In this document: in pieces, positions 1-12,370 of the stretch | Position numbering within the stretch: position 1 is the first letter of the stretch | Layout: the number at the start of each line of letters is the position of its first letter | From: Scyliorhinus canicula | Taxonomy: Eukaryota | DNA length: 64,000 nucleotides | Assembly (NCBI RefSeq): GCF_902713615.1 | Contig: NC_052152.1 | Location: 35,129,810-35,193,809 of the forward strand | Direction: 5' to 3' | The notes under the pieces: generated by a model | Database searches by the model: none | Told to the model about the DNA's origin: nothing | Seen by the model: the letters and a program-made list of their open reading frames with translations, nothing else | Position numbers and translations under genes: made by a program

Positions 1-243
1 AGGCCCATTTCAGAGGGTAGTTATGAATCACCACATCACTGTGGGTCTGGAGTCACATGTAGCAGGCCAAACCACGTTAGGATTGCAAATTTCCTTCCTT
101 AAATACATTTGTGAACCAGATGGATTTTTACAATAATCAACAATGATTTTAATTCCAGGTTTTCTAATTAAATAAAATTTTCAGCATCTGCCATGCCTTT
201 GAACCCAGGTCTCCAGAGCATTATCCTAGCTTTGTGTGTTACA

Positions 244-465
244 GGGCAGCATGGTGGCACAATGGTTAGCATTGCTGCCTCAAGGCGCCGAGGTCCCAGG
301 TTCAATCCTGGCTCTGTGTCACTGTCCGTGTGGAGTTTGCACAGTCTCCCAGTGTTTGCGTGGGTTCACCCCCACAACCCAAAGATGTGCAGGATAGGTG
401 GATTGGCCATTCTAAATTGCCCCTTAATTGGAAAATGAATTGGGTACACTAAATTAAAAAAAAAG
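244..465 (+). mobile_element. HE1-type tRNA-derived SINE
   Basis: GGGCAGCA..TGGTTAGCA (A box), GGTTCAATCC (B box), GTGTGGAGTTTGCAC core, A-tail. Confidence 0.9.
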
Positions 466-805
466 ATTTCGGTGTTACTAGTCTAGTGATAATACCACTA
501 ATGCCACTGTCACCACTACATCATTAATAATGGATTCCAATTGTCAGATGTTAGACTAACTACGAGTCTTTCATTTCCTACGGTCTGTCTCTCTTTCTTG
601 AAAAGAAATATTACAGAGTCAAAGAGCTTTGACAAAGAGTCATGCAGATTTGAAATGTTAGCTCCCTTCTCTCTCCACAGATACTGTCATTAGTGCTGAG
701 ATTGTCCAATATTTTCTGTTTTTGTATTGCATTTATGGTCTTTCCAAACCACTGGGCCTTTTTGAAGATTACAAGCAAAGCATGCATTATCTCTGCAGAC
801 ACTCT

Positions 806-1032
806 TTTTTTAAGAAATTTAGAGTCCCCAATAATTTTTTTCCCCAATTATGGGGCAATTTAATGTGGCCAACCCAGCTAAACTGCACATCTTTGGGTTG
901 TGGGGGTGAAACCCATGCAGACACAGGGAGATTGTACAAACTACACACACCCAGTGACCTGGGGCCAGAATCGAACCCTGGTTCTCAGCGCCATAGGCAG
1001 CAGTGCTAGCCACTGCACCACTGTGCTGCCCT
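806..1032 (-). mobile_element. HE1-type SINE
   Basis: Reverse complement of the same consensus. Confidence 0.9.
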
Positions 1033-1094
1033 TGCAGCCACTTCATTTAAGACCATAAGATACAGGCTATCAGGTCCAGGGGATCAGGGCCTTT

Positions 1095-2340
1095 AGTTCC
1101 TCGTACTTTTTCTCTAGTGATAATGGTTATTTTAAGTTTGGCCCTTGATTTTCCAGAATTCTTGGAACACTGTCTTCTACTGTAAAGACAGGCACAAAAT
1201 ATTTTTTCAAAGTCTCTGCTCTTCTCTTGTTTCCTATTATTGATTCTACAGCCTCATCCTCTAAAGGGACCAACATTCTGTTTTGTTACTGTACATCTTT
1301 TTAGACACTCTTAATGTCTTATTTTTATATTTTTGCTAGTTCACTCTCATATTATAATATTTACATTTTTAACTCGTCCTTTGCAGGTTTCTAAAAATCT
1401 TCCCAATCTTCTGGCCTATTATTAATTTTCACATCGTTGAACACCTCCTCTTTCAATTTGATACCATCATCAACCTCCTTAGTTAGTCATGGATGGTGCA
1501 TCCTTCATATAGTCTTTCTATCTCAATGAAATATATCTTTGTTGACAGTTATGAAACAGCTCCTTAAACTGCTTCTCTACCATCTTACCTGCAACTTATT
1601 TTCCCAGTCCACTATAACCAATTCTGCCCACAATACCCTTTCCGTTTAATGCACTAGTTTCAGACCCCAGGTCTCACTCTCAAACTGGATGTAAAAATTG
1701 ATATTATGATCACTCTTGCCTAGAGGATCCTTCAGTATGAGATAATTGAACCATTGAGACCATTACACATTACCAGGCCTAAAATATATATTTTCCTGGA
1801 TGGTTCCAATTGTTTTAGTAAACTGTCCTAAATATACTATGAATTCATCCTTGAGGCTACCTTTGTCAATTATTTGCCCAATTCATATGAAGATTATAAT
1901 CTCCTACAATTATTGCAGTACCTTTCTTACAAGCTTCAATTATTTCTTAATTTGTAGACTGTCCTACAATGTAGCAAGAGTTCAGGGGTCTACCAGCTAC
2001 TCCCACCAGTGACTTATTTCCCAGGCTGTATCTCATCTTCCCTGAAACTGATTCTATATCTTGATCTTTCAAGCCAAGATCATTTTGCACCACTGTACTG
2101 ATCTCATCCTTCATTAACAGAGACACCCCACTTCCTTTTCTTATCCTTCTGAAATGTCAAATACCTCTGAATATTACTTTGCGACCACATCTCTGTAATG
2201 ATTATCATATCCTATTCATTTATTTCTATTTGTGCTATCAATTCATCCATCTTGTTACAAATGATGCTTGCATTCAGATAGAAGAGCCTTAAAATATTCC
2301 CTATTCTGGTCAGATTTGCTGCTGTTCTCTTATATTTGTA
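1095..2340 (-). mobile_element. Old CR1 LINE remnant
   Basis: Degenerate similarity to CR1 endonuclease/tether coding sequence. Confidence 0.6.
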
Positions 2341-2344
2341 TGCT

Positions 2345-3140
2345 AGAACATAGAATTTACAGTGCAGAAGGAGGCCATTAGGCTCATCGAGTCTGCACCA
2401 ACCCTTGCAAAGACCATCCCACTTAAGCCCACACTTCCACCCTATTCCCGTAACCCCTCCTAATCTTTTTTTTTGGACACCAAGGGCAATTTAGCATGGC
2501 CAATCCACGTAATCTGCACATTTTTGGACTGTGGGATGAAACCAGGGCACCCAGAGGAAACCCATGCAGACACGGGGATAACGTGCAGACTCCATTTTTA
2601 ACGTGCAGACAGTGACCCAAGCCGGGAATCGAACCTGGGACCCTGGAGCTGTGAAGCCACGATGCTAACCACTGGGCTACCATGCCGCCCATACTCTGTT
2701 TCCTCCTGTCACATGATGGCTATCAGTACCCATAACATCACCCTGTATCATTGCCTTGTCCTTTCTTGTTAATGTTCTAAACTTCCCCTCACATGAACCC
2801 TCCCCCTCAACACTATATTCTTTAAAGTTCCTTCTGGTAAACTCACTTTAATTTTCCTTTCTTCCTGTACAAATCCTTACTTACTGTACTTCCTCTTATT
2901 GGTTTGCACATCTTTTTTTTATAAATTTAGAGTACCCAATTCATTTTTTTCCAATTAAGGGGCAATTTAGCACGGCCAATCCACCTAGCCTGCACATCTT
3001 TGGGCTGTGGGGCGAAATCCATGCAAACACAGGGAGAATGTGCAAACTCCACACGGAAAGTGACCCAGAGCCGGGATCAAACCTGGAACCTCGGCGTCGT
3101 GAGGCAACAGTACTAACCACTGCGCCACCGTGCTGCCCTT
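2345..3140 (-). mobile_element. Two HE1-type SINEs (about 2345-2690 and 2913-3140)
   Basis: Same consensus; the first carries a CR1-derived tail. Confidence 0.88.
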
Positions 3141-5029
3141 GGTTTTCATATCTAATGTAAACCCTTCTTTTAGCAATTGTGCTGACTTGTGGATATGGAG
3201 ATCAGACTGTTTCATGAGCGAGGATCACCAGATCTGCGCCAATTTTACATCATTATCATATTTTTATTTTGGAAAGTGGACAAAGCTGACAAGAAAGAAT
3301 ATGTTGCCCATCCCTAGTTATCCTAAGGTGGTCATGGCTGCCAGCCATCTTCTTGAGCTCATTCATTCTTTGCTGTGGTAGTGCCCTGAACAAATGTCAG
3401 GTACAGAATTCCAAGATAGCGCAGCAATAAAAAAATAGCAATACATCCCCAAGAAGAAAGGTGTGAAATTCAGAGGCGGTGGGGGAGGACTGTAGTTGAT
3501 AGCACACCAATGGCATTGCTGTTCTTGCCTTTTTCAGTGGTATAGATCATGAGGAAAAGGAGTGTTGCTCAAGTAACCTTGGTGAGTCTTTGCAATGATC
3601 TTGTACCTAAACTATGTTTCAGTCTGGTGTTTGAGAGGCTGGATATTGAATCCAGCTACATGAGCAGCATTCAAGCAAACTGCTATGTCCTAGATGCAGT
3701 GAAGCTTTTTTTTTTAAGTGTTACACATCAAAGTGAGGAATATTCCATTTCATTGATTAAAAATCGCATTGCTAAAATTGAAAAAGCACCAAGACTTATT
3801 AATGACCTAAGCAAGGGAATAGAATGTGATATTGAGCTGGAGGAAGTTTTGTCTCATCCAGAATGCTGTCATATGTGTAGTCTGACAGCCAAGTTGCAGT
3901 CAGAAGCATAGCGGTGGAGAGAAAAAATTGGAGTGTCAATGTGCTTCTGAAATCTGACCCCATCTTGTTACTGCATTACCGAGATGGCAGCATCAATTAA
4001 GGAAGAGTAGGGAATCACCGATGCCAAGTGCAGAGGAGGGAAAATAAGTCTTTGCTGCAGCTGCAATGGCTGCATTTGATTACGTAAAAATGGAGCCATG
4101 CAAAGTTTCAGAGCTGGACTTTGAAGGAGGCTGTTACAGTCAGATGTAACAAACACTACAATAGATTAAGGAGGATAATGCACCATGACCACTGAGGAAG
4201 TAATTTATAAGTTCTGCTGATGTTCTTTAAGTGCCATGGAAAGGTGAAAGCCAGACTGGAATGTTTTAAGAACGAGTTTTGTGAGAAAAAGGCATCGAGC
4301 TGAGGGGGTTGATGTGTCATTCATAATCAGAAAAGAAAAGTTGAAGATGATGTAGTAATTGAAGACACGTGTAAGAACTATCTAATATGAGCGATATATT
4401 ATAAAATTGTCTTCCTTAAGTGAAATAGAAAAAATCATGCGAAACACAGGTAAAAGTTATTGGTTGATTTTAGTTATGAAAGGGCAGCATGAACTTGAAA
4501 GTCACCAACTTTATATGAAACAAGACAAGAATACGAATTATTAGTGTGATGAAATATCACAAGTTCAGTCCTGTGTGAGATTGCCGCTGTTTAAGTTCTT
4601 TGATTCAGCAATAATTAAACAGAGTTTAAGGATGTTTTGGTACAGGGCAACTCGCAAGACAAGATTCCCAAGTCATTCAAAGGTAAACACTGGTGCTTTC
4701 TCGCAGTTGGGAGCACTCTTGCCCAAGGTTGAGAGGTGAAATATTACATGTGGCATGAACTGATTCATAACATTCCAATGCAATACCAAGGAGGTGCTTG
4801 GTATTAGCTGGCGATCCTGTCCTTACTAATATATAATATAATAATTGCTTATTGTCACAAGTAGCCTTCAATGAAGTTACTGTGAAAAGCCCCTAGTCGC
4901 CACATTCCGGCGCCTGTTCGGGGACAAAATGCCAAACATTGGCCCATCTGCCTGTAGATATTAAAGATCCTCATGTAGACTCGATCTGAACAAATATTCC
5001 TCCCTCAATTACCAAAACCAGATCAACTA

Positions 5030-5340
5030 ACAATAGCACAGTGGTTAGCACTATGGCTTCACAGCGCCAGGGTCTCGGGTCTGATTCCCCGCTGGGTCAC
5101 TGTCTGTGTGGAGTATGCAGTTCTCCCCGTGTCTGCGTGGGTTTCCTCCAGATGCTCCGGTTTCCTCCCACAGTTCAAAGACGTGCAGGTTAGGTGGATT
5201 GGACATGCTAAATTGCCCTTAGTGACCAAAAAGATTAGGTGGGGTTATTGGGTTACGGGGATAGGATGGAAGTGAGGGCTTAAGTGATTGGGTGCAGACT
5301 CGATGGGCCGAATGGGCTCCTTCTACGCTACGTTCTAATA
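5030..5340 (+). mobile_element. HE1-type SINE (long form)
   Basis: Same consensus with a CR1-like 3' tail. Confidence 0.88.
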
Positions 5341-5444
5341 GTCCTTCTGCATCTAAGCAATTCATTGTTACATGAAGAATTCAAATATATTTCTCAAAAT
5401 TCAAAGCTGATACTATAATGCATTACTGACGCTTAGATGTACTG

Positions 5445-5765
5445 TTAGAGGTGCCATTTTTTTGGCTGAAACACAAAACTGAGACAGTCTACCCTCTCAG
5501 GTGGAAGTAAAAGATTCCATGGCACCATTTTGTAGAAGGGCATGGGAGTTATCCCTGGTGGCATGCCAATATTTATCACACAATTAACAAGACAGACACT
5601 TAACTGATCATTATCACATAGCTGTTTGTAGGAGCTTTCTATATATAAATTGAGTGCTTTGTCTTCAACATTACAACAGTCACTATACTCCTAAAGTTCT
5701 TCATTGGTTTTAAGGTACTTTAAGATGTTTTGTGGTCATCAAAGAGCCATGGAAATGAAAGTTTT
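5445..5765 (+). mobile_element. LF-SINE-like element
   Basis: gtaaaagattccatggcac..gatcattatcacat..acattacaacagt..cttcattgg matches my recollection of the LF-SINE consensus. Confidence 0.7.
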
Positions 5766-5768
5766 TAA

Positions 5769-5771
<3 letters not shown>

Positions 5772-5840
<69 letters not shown>

Positions 5841-5844
5841 TACA
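5772..5844. repeat. (TA)n(CA)n microsatellite
   Basis: Directly visible. Confidence 0.98.
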
Positions 5845-6999
5845 CGAAACACAAGATTTCTTTTTATAAGGACATTCCAGTGATATTTATCTGTACATCA
5901 ATGAGTCACAGCCGCTATTGTGATCTCACAAATCTAACCCCACAGTCATTACAAAGCAGCTACAGACTGACATAAAATATAGCATAACACTGGTGACAAA
6001 CTGGCCAAATTAAATTTTAGACAAGTGTTGAAACAACCTCTAGGATGTAGTCTTACAATGCTTCGCACTTCTGGAACAACTGCAGTGTAACTGCAAGAAC
6101 TCAAAGCAACCCAACTTGAACTACAATTTATGCTGCTCCTACCTTAAATAAATTATTTTTTTGTGGTTTCAAAGTCCTGCCCTTGTCAATTTACCCCTCT
6201 TTGAGAGTGAACCCAAATAATCTTGAAAAGGTGTTCAGTTACATGGGCATCTGATCTCTACCTCGCCCAACACTCAAGGAATCGTGAGGCCACTCAATAT
6301 CTATCAGCAGTGGCAAACCAAAGTACAAAAAATAAGATCCTTATGGAGATCGGCTGACTTATCTCACATTAAAATATAACTGATCTTTGAACACTAGTGA
6401 ACCATAAACATAGGTTAGATGGAACACTGCTTTATTTGCCGAGATATCAATTTGCAGCTTGCAGTACAACTCACTACTGTCAACTCTTCATTTATGTCAA
6501 CGTAACTACACTCCAATGAATCGGTCATTGTGGCACCTTAGACAATTACTGTAGATTTTTAGTAATTGTGCAAAAAAAATTACATTTTTTGTTATAATTA
6601 ATGGCAACCTGACTCAGTAAGCAAAAAACAATTTGGACATTAATTGAGTCTTGTCCGAAACCAATTTTAATACAAAAATGCGCCTTCAAAATCATTTTTT
6701 AAGTAGCTCATCCAGCTAAGTTCTTTTTAATTACAGGATGCGGGAGGAAATAGCAAAGGTACGCGTCCACAGCAAATTCCTTCAGGAGGTATTCCTGCCG
6801 GGGTCAGCAGCTGTAAAGACAAGCCTTCCCCTCAATCTGGAAGCACAATTGCCATTGCCCCCACCCCACCACCAAACTGTCACATCTTTTTCCTTGTGGC
6901 TGAATTAATGAGAACGAAGTGTTTTGTTTACAGATTGCGCCCTCCCACACCCCAATTTGCGGAACTTATTGAACAACTTGACAGATCTTGCTGCTGCTA

Positions 7000-7229
7000 A
7001 AAGTGGCACCTCGTACCGAGACACAAACTACACGACTGAGCGCTGCACACACACACACCACGTCCGACTCCTCGATCAAATCACAAAAGCCCTTCGCGCC
7101 GAGTAGACCATTTTTCTTTTACACAAAAAACATATTGCTGGACGGGACACACTGAATTGGATTTCCGCAGGAGGAGGGGGGGATGACTCGTGATTTGGAG
7201 TGACAGAAAATGGGACTAAAGTGAGCCTG

Positions 7230-7260
<31 letters not shown>

Positions 7261-7810
7261 GTCTGTCGCCCTCAGTCGACGCCAGTTTAAAGCTCCCCGG
7301 CTGGCTTTCCAGCCGGCGGGGGCACCTCCAGTCCGGACTGGAAAACAGGCTCAGGGGCTGATTGCCTGTTCCCGTCCAGCTCAAGGCCGCAGAGGAAGAC
7401 TGAGAGAAGCCGATACCCACCAGCTGCTGTTACCGCCCGGTCCCGGTACCGGCTGCGCCTCCTCGGCCGCCGCCGCCATTCCGCTCTTTGCCTCCACGTC
7501 TATCCTGCAGCTGCTGCCGTAAAGCACATCGACACCGAGTGTCGTCAGAGTGGGGGAGGGGGTAACAACCATCGTAAAGCCCCCCCCCCCCCCCCCCCCC
7601 CGGTGTTGATTTACGGCACTGTGCCGCTGCCATTGTTGTGCGGGAGTGATGGTTGTTGGGATGGATGTTGACCAGGGCTGTTGTTTATTTCTTTTCATCT
7701 GATTTAATGGCACGCAGTTAGCCAGGACGACTCGGATACCTTTCCTCATTCCCGGGCTCGCTGCTCTTTTTCTTCCAGCCTTCAGTCGCCGCTGACAGGC
7801 CTATTCTGTA
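7000..7810. promoter_or_regulatory. CpG island / promoter and 5' UTR region
   Basis: CpG-rich unique sequence in an otherwise CpG-depleted background. Confidence 0.65.
7421..7479 (-). CDS. First coding exon of an unidentified gene (MAAAAEEAQPVPGPGGNSS..) continuing beyond the window start
   Basis: CpG island; good Kozak context ggaATGG; typical MAAAA start; donor TG|GTGGGT (alternative GG|GTATCG ending at 7417). No downstream exon recognised. Confidence 0.5.
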
Positions 7811-8869
7811 TTTCTGAATTTTATTCAGCAAGCAACGAGCCACACAAACTACTTAATCCACAGTTTGGATCGTCAATGGACCCTTAATGGCAATAGAGAT
7901 GTTTTAGTCAGCCTCACTGCAGAGAGAAATTGGGGTTCCTACTCTTGATATTAACTCCCGTAACTATAAAAATAATAACTAATCATTGAACATTTTTTTA
8001 TAGACTAATAAGGATCTTGCATACTTATTTAACTGTCTTTTCGGCTTGTCACTTCATTGATTTGATGGAAGTGCATCCCAAGAGGAGGAGGCCACGGCGG
8101 CAGAGTGGTATTGGCACTGGACTGGTAAACCAGAGACCCAGAATTGTGCTCTGGGGGCTCAGTTCCAAATGTGGCCACTGCAGAGGGTGAAATTTGAATC
8201 CAATAAAAATCTGCAACTTTAAAAGTCGAATGATGACCATGAAACCATTGTTGTAAAAAACCATCTGGTTCACTAATGTGAAGGAAATCTGCCGTCCTTA
8301 CCTGGTCTGGCCTGTGACAGCAACAAGCTGGACTTTTAACTGCCCCCTCAAGGGCAGTGAGGGAAGGGCAATAAATGTGGCCCAGCCTGTGACACCCATG
8401 TGCCATGAACAATTTTTTAAAAGGTTCCCACACCCTTTCAAAATTGCACCATTTAATTTATCTTGACTCTCCTCATTATTCCTAACAAAATGAATCACTA
8501 TACATTTCTTTGTGTGAAATATCATCTGGCATGCATCTGGCCATTTTGTGGTGTGCCCTGCTTAAGTATGTTCATATCCAACTCACTGATTACATTTTAT
8601 AGTTGTGTCATGCAAATCTTGAAAATATGCCCCAAATATTTAAGTCCAAGTCATTGATATATATCAAAAAGATCAGTGGACCCAAAATCAACACTTAGAG
8701 TCAACACTATACAGTACACTTCTCTGAAGGCTAAAAAGCGACCATTCACCACCAATCCGCTTTCTGTCCCTTTGCCAATTTTGGATTCATGCAGCCACTA
8801 CCCATTTAATCACCTGGGCTTCAATTTTGATAACATTTTATTACTTGTTCTTTATTAGACACCATTTGT

Positions 8870-9130
8870 CCTCCAGCCGACTGCTTCTTTACAGCGGCTA
8901 TATTCGTGGCCAGGTATCGCTGGAGAGGGAGCACACAGTGTCTGCTGGCACCATCGAGGCCATCCATGCTCAGTGGGTACCGCAAGGACTGGGTTGATTT
9001 ATCGACCCCGCCAATCACATTTTGGTGTTTCCGTTGCAATTTATTTTTGTATGATGCAGTGTCCCTTTCCTGGGCTGCTCTCTTGATTTGTCCCTTAGTT
9101 TTTTGAATTTAATTTACTTGGTTTAACCTA
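8870..9130 (+). mobile_element. Tx1-like LINE 3' end fragment
   Basis: Reading frame GYIRGQVSLEREHTVSAGTIEAIHAQW resembling Tx1 ORF2 C-termini, followed by a T-rich 3' UTR. Confidence 0.55.
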
Positions 9131-9319
9131 AAATAGTATCAAACACCATTTGGCGCTGAGGACCTGGGTTTGATACCCGCTCCGGATCATTGTCCATGTG
9201 GAGTTTGCACATTCTCCCCAAAACTGTGGGGGTCTCACCCACACAACCCACAAAGATGTGCAGGTTGGTGAATTGGCTGCGCTAAATTGCCCCTAAATTG
9301 AAAAAAAATTAAGATGACT

Positions 9320-10565
9320 GAAGACAGCTCAATCCACCATTGTCAGCATGGTTTTACGAGGGGTAGGTTATGCTTGACAAACTTGCTTGAGTTCTTGGGG
9401 GACGTAACCAGCAAGGTGGATAACGGGGAACCTTTGGATGTGGTATATGTCGACTTCCAGAAGGCGTTTGATAAGGTGTCACATAGAAGACTGATCCAGA
9501 AAGTGAGATCACAGGGGATTGGGGATAGAGTACTCGAATGGATTGAGGATTGGCTGACAGAAAGCAGAGGTTCAGGATAAATGGGCCGCACTCTGGCTGG
9601 CGAACTGTAACTACTGGGGTGCTGCAGGGTTCAGTCCTCGGACCTCAACTGTTTACAATTTATATAAATGATCTGCAAGCAGGGACAGAATGTAATATAG
9701 CAAAATTTGCAGATGATACTAAAATATATGGTAAAGCAGGCAGTCAAGAGGAGATAAAGATTTTACAGACGGATATAGATAGGCTAGGAGATTGGGCCAA
9801 AATTTGGTAGATGGAGTTTAATGTGGATAAGTATAAGGTTGTCCATTTTGGCAAAAAAAATAGAAAGACAAATTATCTAAATGGAAAGCAGATTCAAGAT
9901 GCATCTGGGCAGAGATCTGGGTGTCTTTGTTCATGAATCACAGAAAGTCAGTATGCAGGTACAGCACGTAATTAAAAAGGCAAATGGAATGTTAGTGTTT
10001 ATTGCAAAAGGACTTCAGTATAAACGTAGAGAAATGTTGTTATAATTGTATAGGGTGTTGGTGAGACCACATCTGTATCATGTCCAGTTTTGGTTCCTTA
10101 TTTGAAGAAGGATTTGGTGGCATTGGAGGCAGTTCGGAGCTTTGCCAGATTGATTCCGGGAACAAAAGGGTTGATGTATGAGAGATTAAATAGTTTGGGT
10201 TTATGCTCACTGGAGTTTAGAAGGATGAGAGGGGATCTGATCAAGAAGTATAAAGTGCTAAATGGGATTGAAAGTAAATGTAGACTAAATGTTCCCTCTT
10301 GTGGGGAAATCTAGAATGAGTAGTCACAGATCTAGTTTGAGAATCAGTAGATTTAGAACGGAGATGAGGAGCAACGACTTCTCTCAGAGGGTGAATTTGT
10401 GGAACTCACTGCGCAATAGTGCGATGGAATCGGAGTCATTAAATGGTTTCAAGAAATAGATATATTTTGATTAAAAACGGGTTAAAGGGATAATGGGCAA
10501 CAGGTAGGGAAGTGGATTTGAGACCAACCACAATCTGATTGCCTACTTCTGCTCCTAATTCCTGT
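9320..10565 (+). mobile_element. CR1 (HER1-like) LINE 3' fragment with RT domain
   Basis: QHGFTRGRLCLTNLLEF, DFQKAFDKV, QGSVLGP, FADDTK, RMRGDLI. Confidence 0.92.
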
Positions 10566-10616
10566 ATAGTCCAGTAAACATTCTCTGAACTGCTTCCAAC
10601 ACATTTATATCCTTCC

Positions 10617-10806
10617 AGGTGGCTGGTTTGTGATGCAGAGTGAAGCCAAGAGTACAGGTTCAAAGCCTGTACTGGCTGAGGTTATTCATGAAGGCGTCTC
10701 AACCTTGTTGGGGGCGTGATGACCCTCAGATTAAATCACCACCAGTCAGCTCTCAAAGGGGAGAGCGGCCAATGGTCCTCTGGGACTGTGGCGACATTTA
10801 CATTTT
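10617..10806 (+). mobile_element. Other tRNA-derived SINE fragment
   Basis: GGTTCAA B-box-like motif and ACATTT repeat tail; a partial copy lies at about 25030-25100. Confidence 0.55.
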
Positions 10807-11830
10807 ACACAGTACTCCAGATCTGGACTCATCAATTGCCCTGTATTACTGTAGCATAACTTCCCAATTTTTGTACTCCCATTTCCCTTGCAATAAATGA
10901 TCTTTCCTAATTATTTGCTATACCTGCATACTAGCCTTTTGATTCCTGCACTAGGATACCCAGATCCCGCTGAAGCCCAAAGCTCTGCAATCTTTCACCA
11001 TTTGGATAATATGCTTTATTATTCTTCCTGACAAAATAGTCACTTTCCCACGGCTTAATCTATCTGTATCCTTTGGTAGCCTCATGTCAGTCACATCTTA
11101 CTATTCTACCCATCTTTGTTATCATCAGTAAATTTTGCAACCATATCTTCAGTCTCTTCATCCAAAGTCATTTATACAAATTGTAAAAAACTGAGGCCCT
11201 AATCCTGGTTATATCTTACCAACCAGTTAAAGATCCATTTATGCCTATTATTTCTTAGCTAACCAATCTTTCCATGCCAATGTTACCCTCTATACACTTT
11301 TATTTAATCGCAGTAACCTTTGATGTGGCACTTTAAATACCTTTTGGAAATCCAATTACATTCACCGGTTCCCCTTTATCCATAGCATATGTTACTCCTT
11401 CAAAGAACCCAGATTAATTGGCCAAACATAATTTTCCTTTCAAAAAGCCATGATCTGTAATCTGCTGGATTACAGATTTTTTCCTGGTGCCCTGCTATAT
11501 ATGTCTTTAATAATTTCTAACATTTTCCCTATGACAGATGCTAAGCTAACTGACCTGTAGGGCAGGATTTACCGACCAATCTGCTGCGGGTTTTTTGTTG
11601 GTGGAGGTGGCCCGCCAGCGAGATCTACCAGTCCCACTCTTGTAAACACTGATTTCCATTTGGCAGCACCCTTTGTCACTGGGGAAACCAGTGTGCCGAC
11701 GGAGCCTGGAATTTCCCACTGGTAAATTTGCCACTGGTGAAAAGCCGGTAAATCCTGCCCACAGCTTCCTGCCTCCTTCCCTTTTTGACTAAAGGAGTTA
11801 CATTCACTATTTTCAAATCTTCTAATCCTT
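10805..11830 (-). mobile_element. Old CR1 RT remnant
   Basis: Degenerate DFQK.., NVTPL.KKG motifs on the minus strand. Confidence 0.65.
11560..11760. mobile_element. MITE / non-autonomous DNA transposon (PIF-Harbinger-like termini)
   Basis: 15-bp terminal inverted repeats GGGCAGGATTTACCG / CGGTAAATCCTGCCC; inserted in a CR1 remnant. Confidence 0.8.
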
Positions 11831-12370
11831 CATGCAGTTTGCGTGTAGTAGCTATTGCAACATTTCTGCAAAGGCATGTTTTGTTTAAAATACATTGGCA
11901 AATCATACATGTTACATGCATGCTTAAAATATTTTCTTAATCCAATGTCATTTTATTCGGAAAATCTCTAAACAACCAAATAACTGACTTACAAAGATCT
12001 ACATGAAATGTGCTGCCTATTTGCAGCAGAGTACACTTGAGACATTACTATTTCAATATTACAACAAGTTGCACAACACAATATAGGACAAGTCTATACA
12101 TTCTTGAAATCAATTATAGAAAGTTTTTTCTTTTTTTAAATACATACAAGCATGCCCAAATCTGGTCAAAATTCAGTCTCATTCCCAATATGTTTGAGTT
12201 TTATTGCAGAAACTGAACATTAAAACACAGTCTGTGGTCAAGATTAAAGTGCAATTGCCATTATTAGATTACTAATACTGCTATTGCACTAAATTACTAC
12301 CTGCTTACTATGATCTATCAACATTTTTAGTCCAATTCAAATGGAATTAAATAAAAAGCTATAATGTTTT

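Noticed and set aside
244-320. tRNA-like sequences with A and B boxes
   Set aside because: They are SINE heads continuing into SINE bodies; no complete cloverleaf tRNA gene is supported.
193-438. Many short ORFs with similar peptides (..HNPKMCR..LNCPL.., ..CKLHTDSDPEPGSNLGP..)
   Set aside because: They are translations of HE1 SINE copies, not a gene family.
3549-3911. 120-aa ORF
   Set aside because: Lies in a decayed LINE-like region with no splice or domain support.
6737-6758. Plus-strand 22-nt micro-exon-like pattern (ttacag|...AAG|gtacgc)
   Set aside because: No partner exons, antisense to the probable host gene, and likely chance.
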